Below are positions 9,066-18,347 of a stretch of DNA of 64,000 bases, piece by piece; position 1 is the stretch's first letter, and each line of letters begins with the position of its first letter. The position numbers were made by a program, and so were the translations under genes. Source of the DNA: a virus (Duplodnaviria; Caudoviricetes); IMG/VR virus record IMGVR_UViG_3300022074_005559, one strand, 5' to 3'. The notes under the pieces are model-generated. The model was given only the letters and a program-made list of their open reading frames with translations, ran no database searches and was not told the DNA's origin.

Positions 9066-10548
9066 CTTAACAGCAAATCAAAACGACTACGCTGTATTTT
9101 TGCCAGCACTCAGTACATTCTATGCACTGTTTGTAGGCAGACAACGCAGAGGTCTACTGCCTTATGATGAAAATCTAAAAGCAAGTGGCACACCTTACAT
9201 TGATTCTGCACGTCTCCCACAGGGGCTGCCGCATGGTGTAGAAGGTCTGAACTGGCTTGCACCCGAAGGACTATGGAAGTACAAGTGGAGCCTACACAGT
9301 GCTGGACATGCTAGTTTGGATCTTGAAAAAGACCTGTATCGCGAAGATATGTATCGTGTACGCAATAGAGAAACCAGTTGGCTGCTAGGCGACTCAGGTG
9401 GCTTTCAGATTGGTAAAGGCAAGTGGGAAGGTGATTGGAGAGCTGGCAGTGGTTGTCCACAAGCACAAAAGAAGCGTGAAGGTGTGCTGCGTTGGATGGA
9501 CAAGTTCATGGACTATGGCATGATTTTGGATATTCCTGCCTGGGTAGACAGATCGCCAGAAGGCAGTGCTGCTAGTAAGATCAGCAGTTATCAAGAAGCC
9601 GCAGATGGCACAAAGTACAACAACGAATACTTTATTAAACACAGAGACGGTAGTTGTAAGTTTCTAAATGTGCTACAAGGCGAAAACTTTGCTCAAGCAG
9701 ATGACTGGTATGAGCAAATGAAACACTTTAGTGACCCTAAACAATATCCAGATGCACACTTTAATGGCTGGGCAATGGGCGGGCAAAACATGTGTGATCT
9801 GCATCTTGCACTACGCCGTGTTGTTATCCTTGGACATGATGGATTACTAGAAAAGGGCAAGCAAGACCTCATGCACTTCTTGGGCACCAGTAAACTAGAA
9901 TGGGCAATGGTACTTACTGCTATACAACGCGGTATTCGCAAGCAGTTCAATGAGAACTTTACTGTAACATTTGACTGTGCAAGTCCTTTCCTTGCTACAA
10001 GCAATGGCACACAGTACACAGGCTACAGACTTGACCACGAGGACAAGTGGAGTTACATTATGGAAAAGTCTCCAGATGATAAAGCACTACATGCAGACAC
10101 TACTCCATATGACGATTATTGTAGTAAACTCTATGACAACTGGATGCCTAGTCCACTCTCATCAATGATGAAACTAAATGACATTACTGTTTATAGTCCT
10201 ACATGTGTAAACCGTATGGGCGAACAAACAAACACTAGTTGGGATAGTTTCAGTTATATGCTGATGATGAATCATAATGTTTACACACATTTACGCAGTG
10301 TGCAAGAAGCAAATCGAGTATATGATGAGGGCAAGTATCCGTATATGTTAGTGAATGACACATTCGATAAACAAGAAGTAAAAGAGGTTATTGCTAGAAT
10401 CTTTGAAATAGATGATCGAGATAAACAACTACAAATGATTGATGATCATCAACGTCTTTGGATGCGTGTAGTAGGTACACGAGGACATGTTGGTAAAAAG
10501 AGTGTGAACAGTAGCGCACAGTTCTTTAGTTTGTTTGAGGAAGCGTAA
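9046..10548 (+). CDS. dpdA: DpdA-like 7-deazaguanine DNA transglycosylase (TGT fold)
   Basis: TGT motifs in order: LGDSGGFQ, MILD, VLQG, AMGG, MHFLG, TFDCASP, NHNV; no CxCxxC zinc site; same genome region as folE/queD/queE. Confidence 0.75.
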   Translation: MTNLPTNLTANQNDYAVFLPALSTFYALFVGRQRRGLLPYDENLKASGTPYIDSARLPQGLPHGVEGLNWLAPEGLWKYKWSLHSAGHASLDLEKDLYREDMYRVRNRETSWLLGDSGGFQIGKGKWEGDWRAGSGCPQAQKKREGVLRWMDKFMDYGMILDIPAWVDRSPEGSAASKISSYQEAADGTKYNNEYFIKHRDGSCKFLNVLQGENFAQADDWYEQMKHFSDPKQYPDAHFNGWAMGGQNMCDLHLALRRVVILGHDGLLEKGKQDLMHFLGTSKLEWAMVLTAIQRGIRKQFNENFTVTFDCASPFLATSNGTQYTGYRLDHEDKWSYIMEKSPDDKALHADTTPYDDYCSKLYDNWMPSPLSSMMKLNDITVYSPTCVNRMGEQTNTSWDSFSYMLMMNHNVYTHLRSVQEANRVYDEGKYPYMLVNDTFDKQEVKEVIARIFEIDDRDKQLQMIDDHQRLWMRVVGTRGHVGKKSVNSSAQFFSLFEEA

Positions 10549-11423
10549 TGAAGGCACTTATTGTTGGCTTAGGGATTGGCGAACTTTATCGTAGTATCTA
10601 CGAAAGCAAGTTGTGGGAAGTTACTACAGTTGACACACACAAGCCTGCAGACTATTGGGACATAGAGCAAGTACAAGGTGAGTTTGATGTTGCACACATT
10701 TGTACTCCAAACTTTACACATGAAAGTATTGCTCGTACTATTGCTCCAATGTGTAAGATTGTATTTGTAGAAAAGCCAGGCTTATGCACAGCAGAAGATT
10801 GGGAAAGCCTGGTTCATACATTTCCACAAACACGTTTTGCAATGGTGAAAAACAATCAGCATCGCAATAACCTAGCAGACATTTATGTGCATGCTCGTAG
10901 CAGTGATGAGATTATTATCAACTGGCACAACTATAATCGTGTTCCAAGTCCAGGCAGTTGGTTTACAGAACGTGACAAAGCATGGGGTGGCGTAAGCAGA
11001 GACTTAATGCCTCATTGTTTAAGTTGGGTACAGATATTTGAGCCAGAGTTTAGTGAGCTAGCGTTTTTCAGTGCTAACACACATCAGCACTATGACTTAG
11101 ATACAGTTGGAAGTACAGACTATGGAACAATAGATCCATACGGAATCTACGACGTAGATGATCAAGCAGACATTGTTTTTAGTAACAAGTGGCACAAGTA
11201 CACTTGCACTACAAGTTGGAAGAATCCTGTTGGCGATAAGATTTGCTTAGAGTTTTATAAACAAGGTAACCTTACATATACAGAGCCACTAGGACTGTGT
11301 CCAGAAGATGCATATGAAAAAATGATTGACACAGCAGTAAACAACTTGTATAATGATACATACTGGAGCAGTGAGCTTCACAGAGATATTTGGATTCATC
11401 AACAACTAGAGTTGTTAAAATAA
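10548..11423 (+). CDS. Gfo/Idh/MocA family oxidoreductase
   Basis: GLGIG Rossmann motif, ICTPNFTH, VFVEKP, DLMPH. Confidence 0.85.
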   Translation: MKALIVGLGIGELYRSIYESKLWEVTTVDTHKPADYWDIEQVQGEFDVAHICTPNFTHESIARTIAPMCKIVFVEKPGLCTAEDWESLVHTFPQTRFAMVKNNQHRNNLADIYVHARSSDEIIINWHNYNRVPSPGSWFTERDKAWGGVSRDLMPHCLSWVQIFEPEFSELAFFSANTHQHYDLDTVGSTDYGTIDPYGIYDVDDQADIVFSNKWHKYTCTTSWKNPVGDKICLEFYKQGNLTYTEPLGLCPEDAYEKMIDTAVNNLYNDTYWSSELHRDIWIHQQLELLK

Positions 11424-12343
11424 TGACTAGACTATTATACACCACAGGCGATGGTGTATTTAAAGAAACTGAATACGTTATTGCTCCGTTACAAGACAAT
11501 GAGATTCGTGTTCGAGCTGTGATGACAGGAGTTTGTCGCAGTGATGTTGCCATGATGAATGGCGACTTTGGCCCACTTCCGTTAGGCATGCAAGGACATG
11601 AAGGACTTGCACAGGTTATGGAGTTGGGCAGTGGTGTAAGAGATGTACAGATCGGCGACTTTGTAGCGACTAGAGGCGAGCCGGCATATGCTGATGAGTA
11701 TAATGTACGATCTTTTGAATATGTTGTCGTTCCAGGTAAAGATCCTAAATGGATACTGGAACCTATTGCATGTGGAATCAACTGTGTGTTACAATCGCAG
11801 ACTGCAATAGATTCGCTCTGTGCGAATACAACAACACCACTGCCCCGTGCGGTGATAATCGGCAGTGGATTTCTTGCAAAGATTGTGTTGCGCACATTCT
11901 CTATTCTTTATCCTAACATAAGTGTAGACGTAGTTGGTTCTAGTAATGAAGAATATTTCAGCGAGAATGGTAGTCCACTGTTGGTTGATTTCGACGGCAC
12001 TTACGATATTGTAGTAGACCTTAAAGAAGACGACCGTGTATTCAACACAGACTGTGTAAATGAAAACGGGCTTGTTATTATGGCAACTGAAAAGCCAAAT
12101 GGTGTGGACACAACCTTTAGTCACTTCTTATGGAAGGCTATCACAATGGTGTTCCCAAGTCCAAGAGCTCCAACATTTTATGATGCAATGCTATTGGCTA
12201 GAGATTGGCAAATGGATGACTATTTAGATGTTGAGGACTTTTGGACAAAAGGCTACAATAGAGACACAGAATGGCAGCAAGCATTTGAAGATGCAAACAA
12301 TCGTACAGGCAACTATGGTAGAGGTTATATTCAATGGGACTAG
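11423..12343 (+). CDS. medium-chain (Zn-type) alcohol/sugar dehydrogenase
   Basis: GVCRSD, GHEG, GDFV, EPIAC, GSGF motifs; TAATG start at 11423. Confidence 0.85.
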   Translation: MTRLLYTTGDGVFKETEYVIAPLQDNEIRVRAVMTGVCRSDVAMMNGDFGPLPLGMQGHEGLAQVMELGSGVRDVQIGDFVATRGEPAYADEYNVRSFEYVVVPGKDPKWILEPIACGINCVLQSQTAIDSLCANTTTPLPRAVIIGSGFLAKIVLRTFSILYPNISVDVVGSSNEEYFSENGSPLLVDFDGTYDIVVDLKEDDRVFNTDCVNENGLVIMATEKPNGVDTTFSHFLWKAITMVFPSPRAPTFYDAMLLARDWQMDDYLDVEDFWTKGYNRDTEWQQAFEDANNRTGNYGRGYIQWD

Positions 12344-12846
12344 ATACTAACAAGCGACAGGAAGTTGTATACTTCACAGGCACAGAAGTAGAACACACAG
12401 CAATGTATGGTGAGCAAACACTGTTTGTTGTTGGGGTACAACCTTGTAATGAAATACAACAACGAGCAGATGCACATGGTATCAAACATTTGTACTTTGG
12501 TACAAGTCAAAGTTTTGCACCTGAGAGCGAAGCAGATTGGACTGCTTGGGAAAACATGATCAAAGCATTGCTTAGTGCAGGCTATTGGTGTACACTAGAC
12601 TATGATGTATTCTATGTTAAAGAAGTATTAGAACTTGGATTTGATGAACACAATAACTTCATTAACATGATTTCAGTTAAACTACCATATATTAAGCAGT
12701 TCAACTACAATGCTACACTGAAGTTAGATGACAACACTTGGGGAGATACTAACTCGGGTGTTTGGTGCCATAGCATACACAGTTTAATGGATCGCCGTGT
12801 GTACACTGATTGGAAAGATTATACAGGAGATCAATCCGTTGACTAG
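12334..12846 (+). CDS. conserved hypothetical phage protein in the dpdA cluster
   Basis: 170 aa, phage-like codon usage, coupled to its neighbours; motifs FTGTEVEHT, HLYFG, GVWCH; function unknown. Confidence 0.7.
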   Translation: MGLDTNKRQEVVYFTGTEVEHTAMYGEQTLFVVGVQPCNEIQQRADAHGIKHLYFGTSQSFAPESEADWTAWENMIKALLSAGYWCTLDYDVFYVKEVLELGFDEHNNFINMISVKLPYIKQFNYNATLKLDDNTWGDTNSGVWCHSIHSLMDRRVYTDWKDYTGDQSVD

Positions 12847-13438
12847 ACTGTTTGCATGTGGAGATAGTTTTACATACGGACATGAACTAAGTGATTGTCC
12901 TAGTAACAACCATCCAACACACAGTATGCTGACTTACAGTGCTTTGACTGCAAAACATTTGGGTACCGAATATGTTTGTTTAGCAGAAGGTATGGCGGCA
13001 AATAATAGTATACTAAAACAGATTGAAAGTGCTGATATCACTGCAAATGATACTGTATTAGTTATGTGGACTTTTGCACAACGTTATGCACTTATGTTAG
13101 ATCAAGGATACTACACATTAGGACTAGACGAACATAAGTGGTGGTGGACAAATGTAGACCAAAGTTCAGAGCAGTGTTTGAATAGGACTACGGATTTTAT
13201 ACTTGCAGGACATCAGATCCTAAATAAAATAGGATGCAACTACATTTTTTTGTGTAATAATATTGAACTACAAAACAAAATACAGTATAATACAAGTTAT
13301 ATAGATACAGAAAGATGGATGTTTCTAGATAAACATGACGAAATGATTAATCACGATTCACCACATACATTACACCCCGGAGACAGTGTACACAATAGTC
13401 TCTATAAACAACTAGTAAAGGCAAAACTAAATGGCTGA
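12839..13438 (+). CDS. SGNH/GDSL hydrolase-like protein
   Basis: Block I ACGDSFTYG, later GMAANNSI, and C-terminal HP; TTG start chosen at 12839. Confidence 0.6.
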   Translation: MTRLFACGDSFTYGHELSDCPSNNHPTHSMLTYSALTAKHLGTEYVCLAEGMAANNSILKQIESADITANDTVLVMWTFAQRYALMLDQGYYTLGLDEHKWWWTNVDQSSEQCLNRTTDFILAGHQILNKIGCNYIFLCNNIELQNKIQYNTSYIDTERWMFLDKHDEMINHDSPHTLHPGDSVHNSLYKQLVKAKLNG

Positions 13439-13913
13439 AATAGATAACATGATGCTTAACGCAATGCGCGAAGATGCAATGAAAACACAGTTAACAAAAA
13501 GCAAAAGAAGTATTTGGGTAACATTCCAAAAGGAAGGTGTACACAAGTATCCTGCTGCTTTAGAAGATCCTAAACTAGCAACAGGAGATTGGGATGATGT
13601 ATCGTTTCTTGGGTATCCTCATCGTCATATGTTTCATTTCCGGGTGTCAATCGAAGTGTACCACGATGATAGAGAAATCGAGTTCATCCAGTTCAGCAGA
13701 TGGTTGCAAAGACTGTACGATATGGGAACAGGTGAAGGAGTCGACGGTGCCGTGGATAAAGTGCTCGATCTTGACTACAAGTCGTGTGAAATGATTGCAG
13801 ATGATTTATTCTTAGAGATCCGTAAAAAGTACGGAGATCAAAGAGAAGTAACTATTGAAGTAAGCGAAGATGGTGAGAATGGTTGCACTGTCTTTTTTCC
13901 TAGAGCCAGATAA
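13431..13913 (+). CDS. dpdL: T-fold QueD paralogue, probable CDG decarboxylase (DpdL-like)
   Basis: LGYPHRHMF fits the LxxxHRHxF signature I recall for DpdL rather than QueD CxxxHGH; SCEMIA and VSEDGENG T-fold motifs; a canonical queD is present elsewhere. Confidence 0.65.
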   Translation: MAEIDNMMLNAMREDAMKTQLTKSKRSIWVTFQKEGVHKYPAALEDPKLATGDWDDVSFLGYPHRHMFHFRVSIEVYHDDREIEFIQFSRWLQRLYDMGTGEGVDGAVDKVLDLDYKSCEMIADDLFLEIRKKYGDQREVTIEVSEDGENGCTVFFPRAR

Positions 13914-13924
13914 GGAGATATACC

Positions 13925-14185
13925 GTGGCTGTAAAATATAATAAAGAAGCATACGACAAGGTCTGGGCTGACCTTGATGATTTTAAACGCTTTTGTAAAG
14001 AGTTTGGATGGGCATATGACGAAGCCGATTTGTATCGTGCTGAAGCACCTGCTTATGCAGAGTATACTCGCTTTAAGCAAGGTACTCGTATTCCTAAAAA
14101 CTGGATGCGGGATGCCAAGTTCCGTTTGAACCAGTATCGCGATAATAATCAAAAGGGTGGTCGCTACAACAGCGGTCGTAGGTAA
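13925..14185 (+). CDS. hypothetical protein
   Basis: 86 aa, SD AAGGAG then GTG start. Confidence 0.7.
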   Translation: MAVKYNKEAYDKVWADLDDFKRFCKEFGWAYDEADLYRAEAPAYAEYTRFKQGTRIPKNWMRDAKFRLNQYRDNNQKGGRYNSGRR

Positions 14186-14187
14186 CA

Positions 14188-15276
14188 ATGGGTACTGTTT
14201 ATATTGTGGACATCGAAGCGGTTGACACTCGCTACACAAAGCAATGGAAGGAACATCTTCCTGATCAGCTTCAACGTGCTCTAATACAGGATACCGCTAT
14301 TCTTGCAGAAGTTGAAGTGATTAGCGGCGGAGATGTTCCACAAGCAACTACACCTGGTGCTTTCCTAAACTTTGGAGGCACAAATGTATACAAGAGCAAT
14401 CAACTACAACAGATTGCTACACTGTTCTGTGAGGGCAAAGTTCGTAACGGAGATTACTTCTTGTATACGGATGCTTGGAACCCTACTGTTATCCAGTTAC
14501 GCTACATGGCTGAACTCCTTGGAGTTGACATACGCATTGGCGGCTTGTGGCATGCTGGTAGTTATGATCCACAGGACTTCCTAGGTAGATTAATAGGCAA
14601 TAAACCTTGGGTACGTTTTGCTGAACAAAGTATGTTTGAATGTTATGATGATAACTTCTTTGCTAGTCAGTTTCATATTGATATGTTCAGCAAAACCTTT
14701 AGTCTACAAAACAGAATCGTATCTGTACAGGATAAAATCAAACGTGTTGGTTGGCCCATGGAATATCTTAATACAGGGCTTGAACAATATAAAGGTATGG
14801 AAAAGCGTGATCTTATTCTTTTCCCACATCGTATTGCTCCAGAGAAACAACCTGAAATCTTCCGTGATCTTGCAGACAGTATGCCAGAGTATGAGTTTGT
14901 TGTGTGCCAAGAGAAAGAGCTTAGTAAAGTAGAATATCATAATCTACTAGGCGAAGCAAAGATGGTGTTCAGTGCAAACTTACAAGAAACACTGGGTATT
15001 AGTTGGTATGAAGGTGCTGTTGTAGGCGCACTGCCTATGGTTCCTAATAGACTAAGTTATAGTGAAATGGCGGACAGTGATTTCTTATATCCTAGTGAAT
15101 GGACTGAAAGTTATGATAAATACTTACAGCATAAACAAGACCTTATGCGTTTTATCAAAGACTATATGGAAAACTACACAAAGTTTCTCCCAGCACTCCA
15201 TACACAGGTTAAAAAACTAGAAACTGAATTCTTCAGTGGCAAAGCACTTTATAACAATATCCGAGAAAGTATCTAA
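14188..15276 (+). CDS. GT-B fold glycosyltransferase (GT4-like)
   Basis: C-terminal FPHRIAPEKQ and SANLQETLGISWYEG (the E-x7-E nucleotide-sugar motif); N-terminal WHAGSYD. Confidence 0.75.
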   Translation: MGTVYIVDIEAVDTRYTKQWKEHLPDQLQRALIQDTAILAEVEVISGGDVPQATTPGAFLNFGGTNVYKSNQLQQIATLFCEGKVRNGDYFLYTDAWNPTVIQLRYMAELLGVDIRIGGLWHAGSYDPQDFLGRLIGNKPWVRFAEQSMFECYDDNFFASQFHIDMFSKTFSLQNRIVSVQDKIKRVGWPMEYLNTGLEQYKGMEKRDLILFPHRIAPEKQPEIFRDLADSMPEYEFVVCQEKELSKVEYHNLLGEAKMVFSANLQETLGISWYEGAVVGALPMVPNRLSYSEMADSDFLYPSEWTESYDKYLQHKQDLMRFIKDYMENYTKFLPALHTQVKKLETEFFSGKALYNNIRESI

Positions 15277-16505
15277 TGAATATAGCATTTATAGGCACAG
15301 GCAAACTAGGCATGCCTTGTGCTGAAGAAATAGCAAAAGCAGGTCATAGTGTAACAGGATATGATGTTGCTAAAGTAAAAAGTGAACTAGTTGAAGTCAA
15401 AGATACTATTGCAGAAGCAGTTAAGTTTGCAAAGATAGTTTTTGTAGCAGTTCCTACTCCGCATGATCCGGCATATGATGGTCGTGCTCCTACTGCACAT
15501 TTAGAACCAAAAGACTTTAGTTACGACATCGTTAAAGATGTACTGCGTGAGTGTGATAGAGTAATGAATCCTGCGCAGATGATTGTGCTTATTAGCACAG
15601 TACTACCTGGCACAGTTCGCAGAGAACTAGAACCTATTGTTACTAACACACGCTTTGTATACAATCCATATCTTATTGCTATGGGCAGTGTTGCTTGGGA
15701 CTTTGTAAATCCTGAAATGGTTATGATCGGTACAGAAGATGGTGACGAAACTGGAGATGCAAAAGAGCTAGTAAACTTTTATAAAACTGTTATTGAGAAT
15801 GATCCTAGATATGTAGTTGGTACTTGGGATGAATGCGAATGTATCAAAGTTTTTTATAACACATTTATCAGTACAAAACTTGGACTAGCAAATATGATAC
15901 AGGATGTTGCAATGAAGCAAGGCAATATCAATGTCGATGTAGTTACTGATGCACTTGCGAAAAGTACCAAACGCATTATGGGACCGCAGTATATGACTGC
16001 TGGCATGGGCGATGGCGGTGCTTGTCACCCACGTGATAACATTGCACTACGTTGGATGGCACAGGAACTTGGCTTAGGGTATGATATTTTTGATGCTATT
16101 ATGAATGCTCGTGAGATTCAAGCAAAGAATCTAGCAGAGTTTTTAGTAGCGCAAGCAAAGGAACACGATCTACCTGTGCTCATACACGGTGAAGCATACA
16201 AGCCAGATGTACCGTATAAAGACGGTAGTTACAGTATACTGGTAGAACATTATTGTAGAGAACTTGGTTATCATCCTATTATGGTAGATCCTCATACAAG
16301 TCCTCAGCGTGGTCCTTTCAAAGCAGTTGTACTACTTGGTCACAGTAATCAAGTAACCTACAAATACACAGAAAAAGAAACTACACAAACTTTCTATTGT
16401 CTGTTCGAAGAAGGCAGCGTAATCGTTGACCCATGGAGACTATATCGTAATGAAGAAAACAAGTATAAAATCATCCATTACGGAAACACACGACAGGTGG
16501 CATAA
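15276..16505 (+). CDS. ugd: UDP-glucose/GDP-mannose dehydrogenase family
   Basis: GTGKLG, VAVPTP, ISTVLPG, YNPY, IKVFYN, GDGGAC, AYKPD. Confidence 0.9.
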   Translation: MNIAFIGTGKLGMPCAEEIAKAGHSVTGYDVAKVKSELVEVKDTIAEAVKFAKIVFVAVPTPHDPAYDGRAPTAHLEPKDFSYDIVKDVLRECDRVMNPAQMIVLISTVLPGTVRRELEPIVTNTRFVYNPYLIAMGSVAWDFVNPEMVMIGTEDGDETGDAKELVNFYKTVIENDPRYVVGTWDECECIKVFYNTFISTKLGLANMIQDVAMKQGNINVDVVTDALAKSTKRIMGPQYMTAGMGDGGACHPRDNIALRWMAQELGLGYDIFDAIMNAREIQAKNLAEFLVAQAKEHDLPVLIHGEAYKPDVPYKDGSYSILVEHYCRELGYHPIMVDPHTSPQRGPFKAVVLLGHSNQVTYKYTEKETTQTFYCLFEEGSVIVDPWRLYRNEENKYKIIHYGNTRQVA

Positions 16506-17010
16506 AGGGCATATAGAACCTTTTTGGACCGCTAAAAGTTACAAAAAACTAAACTATCAGTTGTTTCCTTTTCCCAACGAAAAAGATCTAGTGATTTGGA
16601 GACGGCAAGGCTATGTACATCCTAGCACTCATTATAGCGGCATGCTTTGCGATATGAGAGAAACTCAAGCAGAATGGAACGACGATATTATCCAGTGGTT
16701 TGCAGATACATACAGTGCTAAAGACGTAGGTACAAGTTACTATCGTATGGGCACAGATGTTATATTGCCTACGCATCAAGATACATATTTTAGATACAGA
16801 GACCTATATAACACTGCATTAGAAGATTGTTTTCGTGTCATTATTTTTTTAGCAGACTGGAGTAGTGGGCACATGTTTGAAATAGACAATGCACCTGTTA
16901 CAAACTGGAAAGCAGGCGATTATGTTTATTGGGAAAGCGATGTGCCTCATATGGCGGCAAACATGGGTCTTGTAAAAAGATATACCCTGCAACTTACAGG
17001 TCACAAATGA
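16450..17010 (+). CDS. 2OG-Fe(II) oxygenase / cupin-like protein
   Basis: HxD (PTHQD) and distal His (PHMAAN) plus a C-terminal R-x-T-L-Q strand; start uncertain. Confidence 0.65.
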   Translation: MKKTSIKSSITETHDRWHKGHIEPFWTAKSYKKLNYQLFPFPNEKDLVIWRRQGYVHPSTHYSGMLCDMRETQAEWNDDIIQWFADTYSAKDVGTSYYRMGTDVILPTHQDTYFRYRDLYNTALEDCFRVIIFLADWSSGHMFEIDNAPVTNWKAGDYVYWESDVPHMAANMGLVKRYTLQLTGHK

Positions 17011-17612
17011 CATTAACTTATGATACACTAAAGCAGTTTGAAAGTGTACTAAGTGATTATACAGGCGCACCTTATGTTGTGCTAACTGACTGCTGCACAC
17101 ATGCATTAGAACTTTGTTTTAGATACAAAAATCCAGGTCCTGTAACATGCAATGCGCACACATATCTCAGTGTTCCTATGATGTTACACAAGTTAAATAT
17201 TCCTTTCTTTTGGGATCATGAACCGTGGGAATATGAATACAGGTTAGCACCAAGCAACATCTGGGATAGTGCAAGAGGACTAAAACAAGGAATGTATCGT
17301 GCAGGAGCATTACAATGCCTTAGTTTTGGAAACAGTAAAAGATTAGAACTACAAGCCGGCGGTGCTATTCTTACAAGTAACAAACAGGATTATATTGCCT
17401 TAAAGCGTATGGCATATGATGGCAGAGATTTAGATATCACGCCGTGGCAATCACAAGAATCATTTAGCGTAGGATATCATTATGGCATGAGATTAGAAAC
17501 TGCCAAAAGAGGTATTGAAATGCTAACAAATGGTAACCTTAAAGACTTACAAACACAAGCAGTAACTTATCCTGATTGCAGTCTAATAAAGATTGACACA
17601 TTACCTAAATAA
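17007..17612 (+). CDS. short DegT/DnrJ/EryC1/StrS-like PLP aminotransferase
   Basis: CCTHALEL, WDSA, LSFGNSKRL..AGGAIL (Schiff-base Lys position), GYHY; only about 201 aa. Confidence 0.7.
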   Translation: MTLTYDTLKQFESVLSDYTGAPYVVLTDCCTHALELCFRYKNPGPVTCNAHTYLSVPMMLHKLNIPFFWDHEPWEYEYRLAPSNIWDSARGLKQGMYRAGALQCLSFGNSKRLELQAGGAILTSNKQDYIALKRMAYDGRDLDITPWQSQESFSVGYHYGMRLETAKRGIEMLTNGNLKDLQTQAVTYPDCSLIKIDTLPK

Positions 17613-17621
17613 TCATATAAT
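17593..17621 (+). promoter_or_regulatory. sigma70-type promoter for folE operon
   Basis: Perfect TTGACA (17593-17598), 17 nt, TATAAT (17616-17621). Confidence 0.8.
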
Positions 17622-17660
17622 ATAACACAGTGACACACCACTATAACTCGGAGAAAAAAT

Positions 17661-18347
17661 ATGACAACAAGTAACGTAATAACACAACGCCTACGCAATG
17701 CAGGTGCTAGGTATTGGGCAAGTGACAACATTGCCTCTTATCTATATGAAGGTGAAAAAGAACAGCTCATAGACGAACTTACTACTAAGTTTGAAGATGT
17801 ACTGGATAGCCTTATTATTGATCGTGCAAACGATCCTAACAGCAATGACACAGGCAGACGCCTTGCAAAGATGTACATCAACGAATTAATGAGCGGTCGT
17901 TATGATCCTATGCCCAACGCAACTGCATTTCCTAATCATGTCGAAGAAGGCTACAAAGGCATGCTGGTGGTGCGCAGTGAACTTAAGAGTGTGTGTTCGC
18001 ATCATCACCAGCCTGTGAGTGGCGTGGCATACATTGGTATTATTGCTGCAGAAAAACTTATTGGACTAAGCAAGTATACACGCATTGCACAATGGTGTGC
18101 TAGACGCGGTACACTACAAGAAGAACTTTGCAACGATATTGCTCGTGAGATTATGGATGCAACCGGCAGTGAAAATGTAGGTGTTTACATCCAAGCAACA
18201 CACGGTTGTTGTGAGAATAGAGGCATTATGGCACATAGCAGTCTAACACAAACTACTGTGCTAGAAGGTGCATTTACTGAAGATGCAGGTACAAAGAAAG
18301 AGTTTTTCGATAACATTAAACTCCAACAAGAGTTTGCACCTAGATAA
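17661..18347 (+). CDS. folE: GTP cyclohydrolase I
   Basis: SVCSHH, IGLSKYTRI, QEEL, HGCCENRG. Confidence 0.95.
   Translation: MTTSNVITQRLRNAGARYWASDNIASYLYEGEKEQLIDELTTKFEDVLDSLIIDRANDPNSNDTGRRLAKMYINELMSGRYDPMPNATAFPNHVEEGYKGMLVVRSELKSVCSHHHQPVSGVAYIGIIAAEKLIGLSKYTRIAQWCARRGTLQEELCNDIAREIMDATGSENVGVYIQATHGCCENRGIMAHSSLTQTTVLEGAFTEDAGTKKEFFDNIKLQQEFAPR

Noticed and set aside
9046-10548. Ordinary bacterial tRNA-guanine transglycosylase (tgt)
   Set aside because: It is divergent, lacks the CxCxxC zinc site, and sits in a phage replication operon; DNA-targeting DpdA is more likely, though not proven.
13431-13913. Second canonical queD
   Set aside because: It lacks the catalytic CxxxHGH Cys motif; a canonical queD exists at 27863; the motif fits DpdL better.
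17629-17642. Independent riboswitch in the folE leader
   Set aside because: Only a 4-bp hairpin (AGTG/CACT); too weak alone and no resemblance to the THF-II motif I could verify; mentioned only alongside the queD leader.
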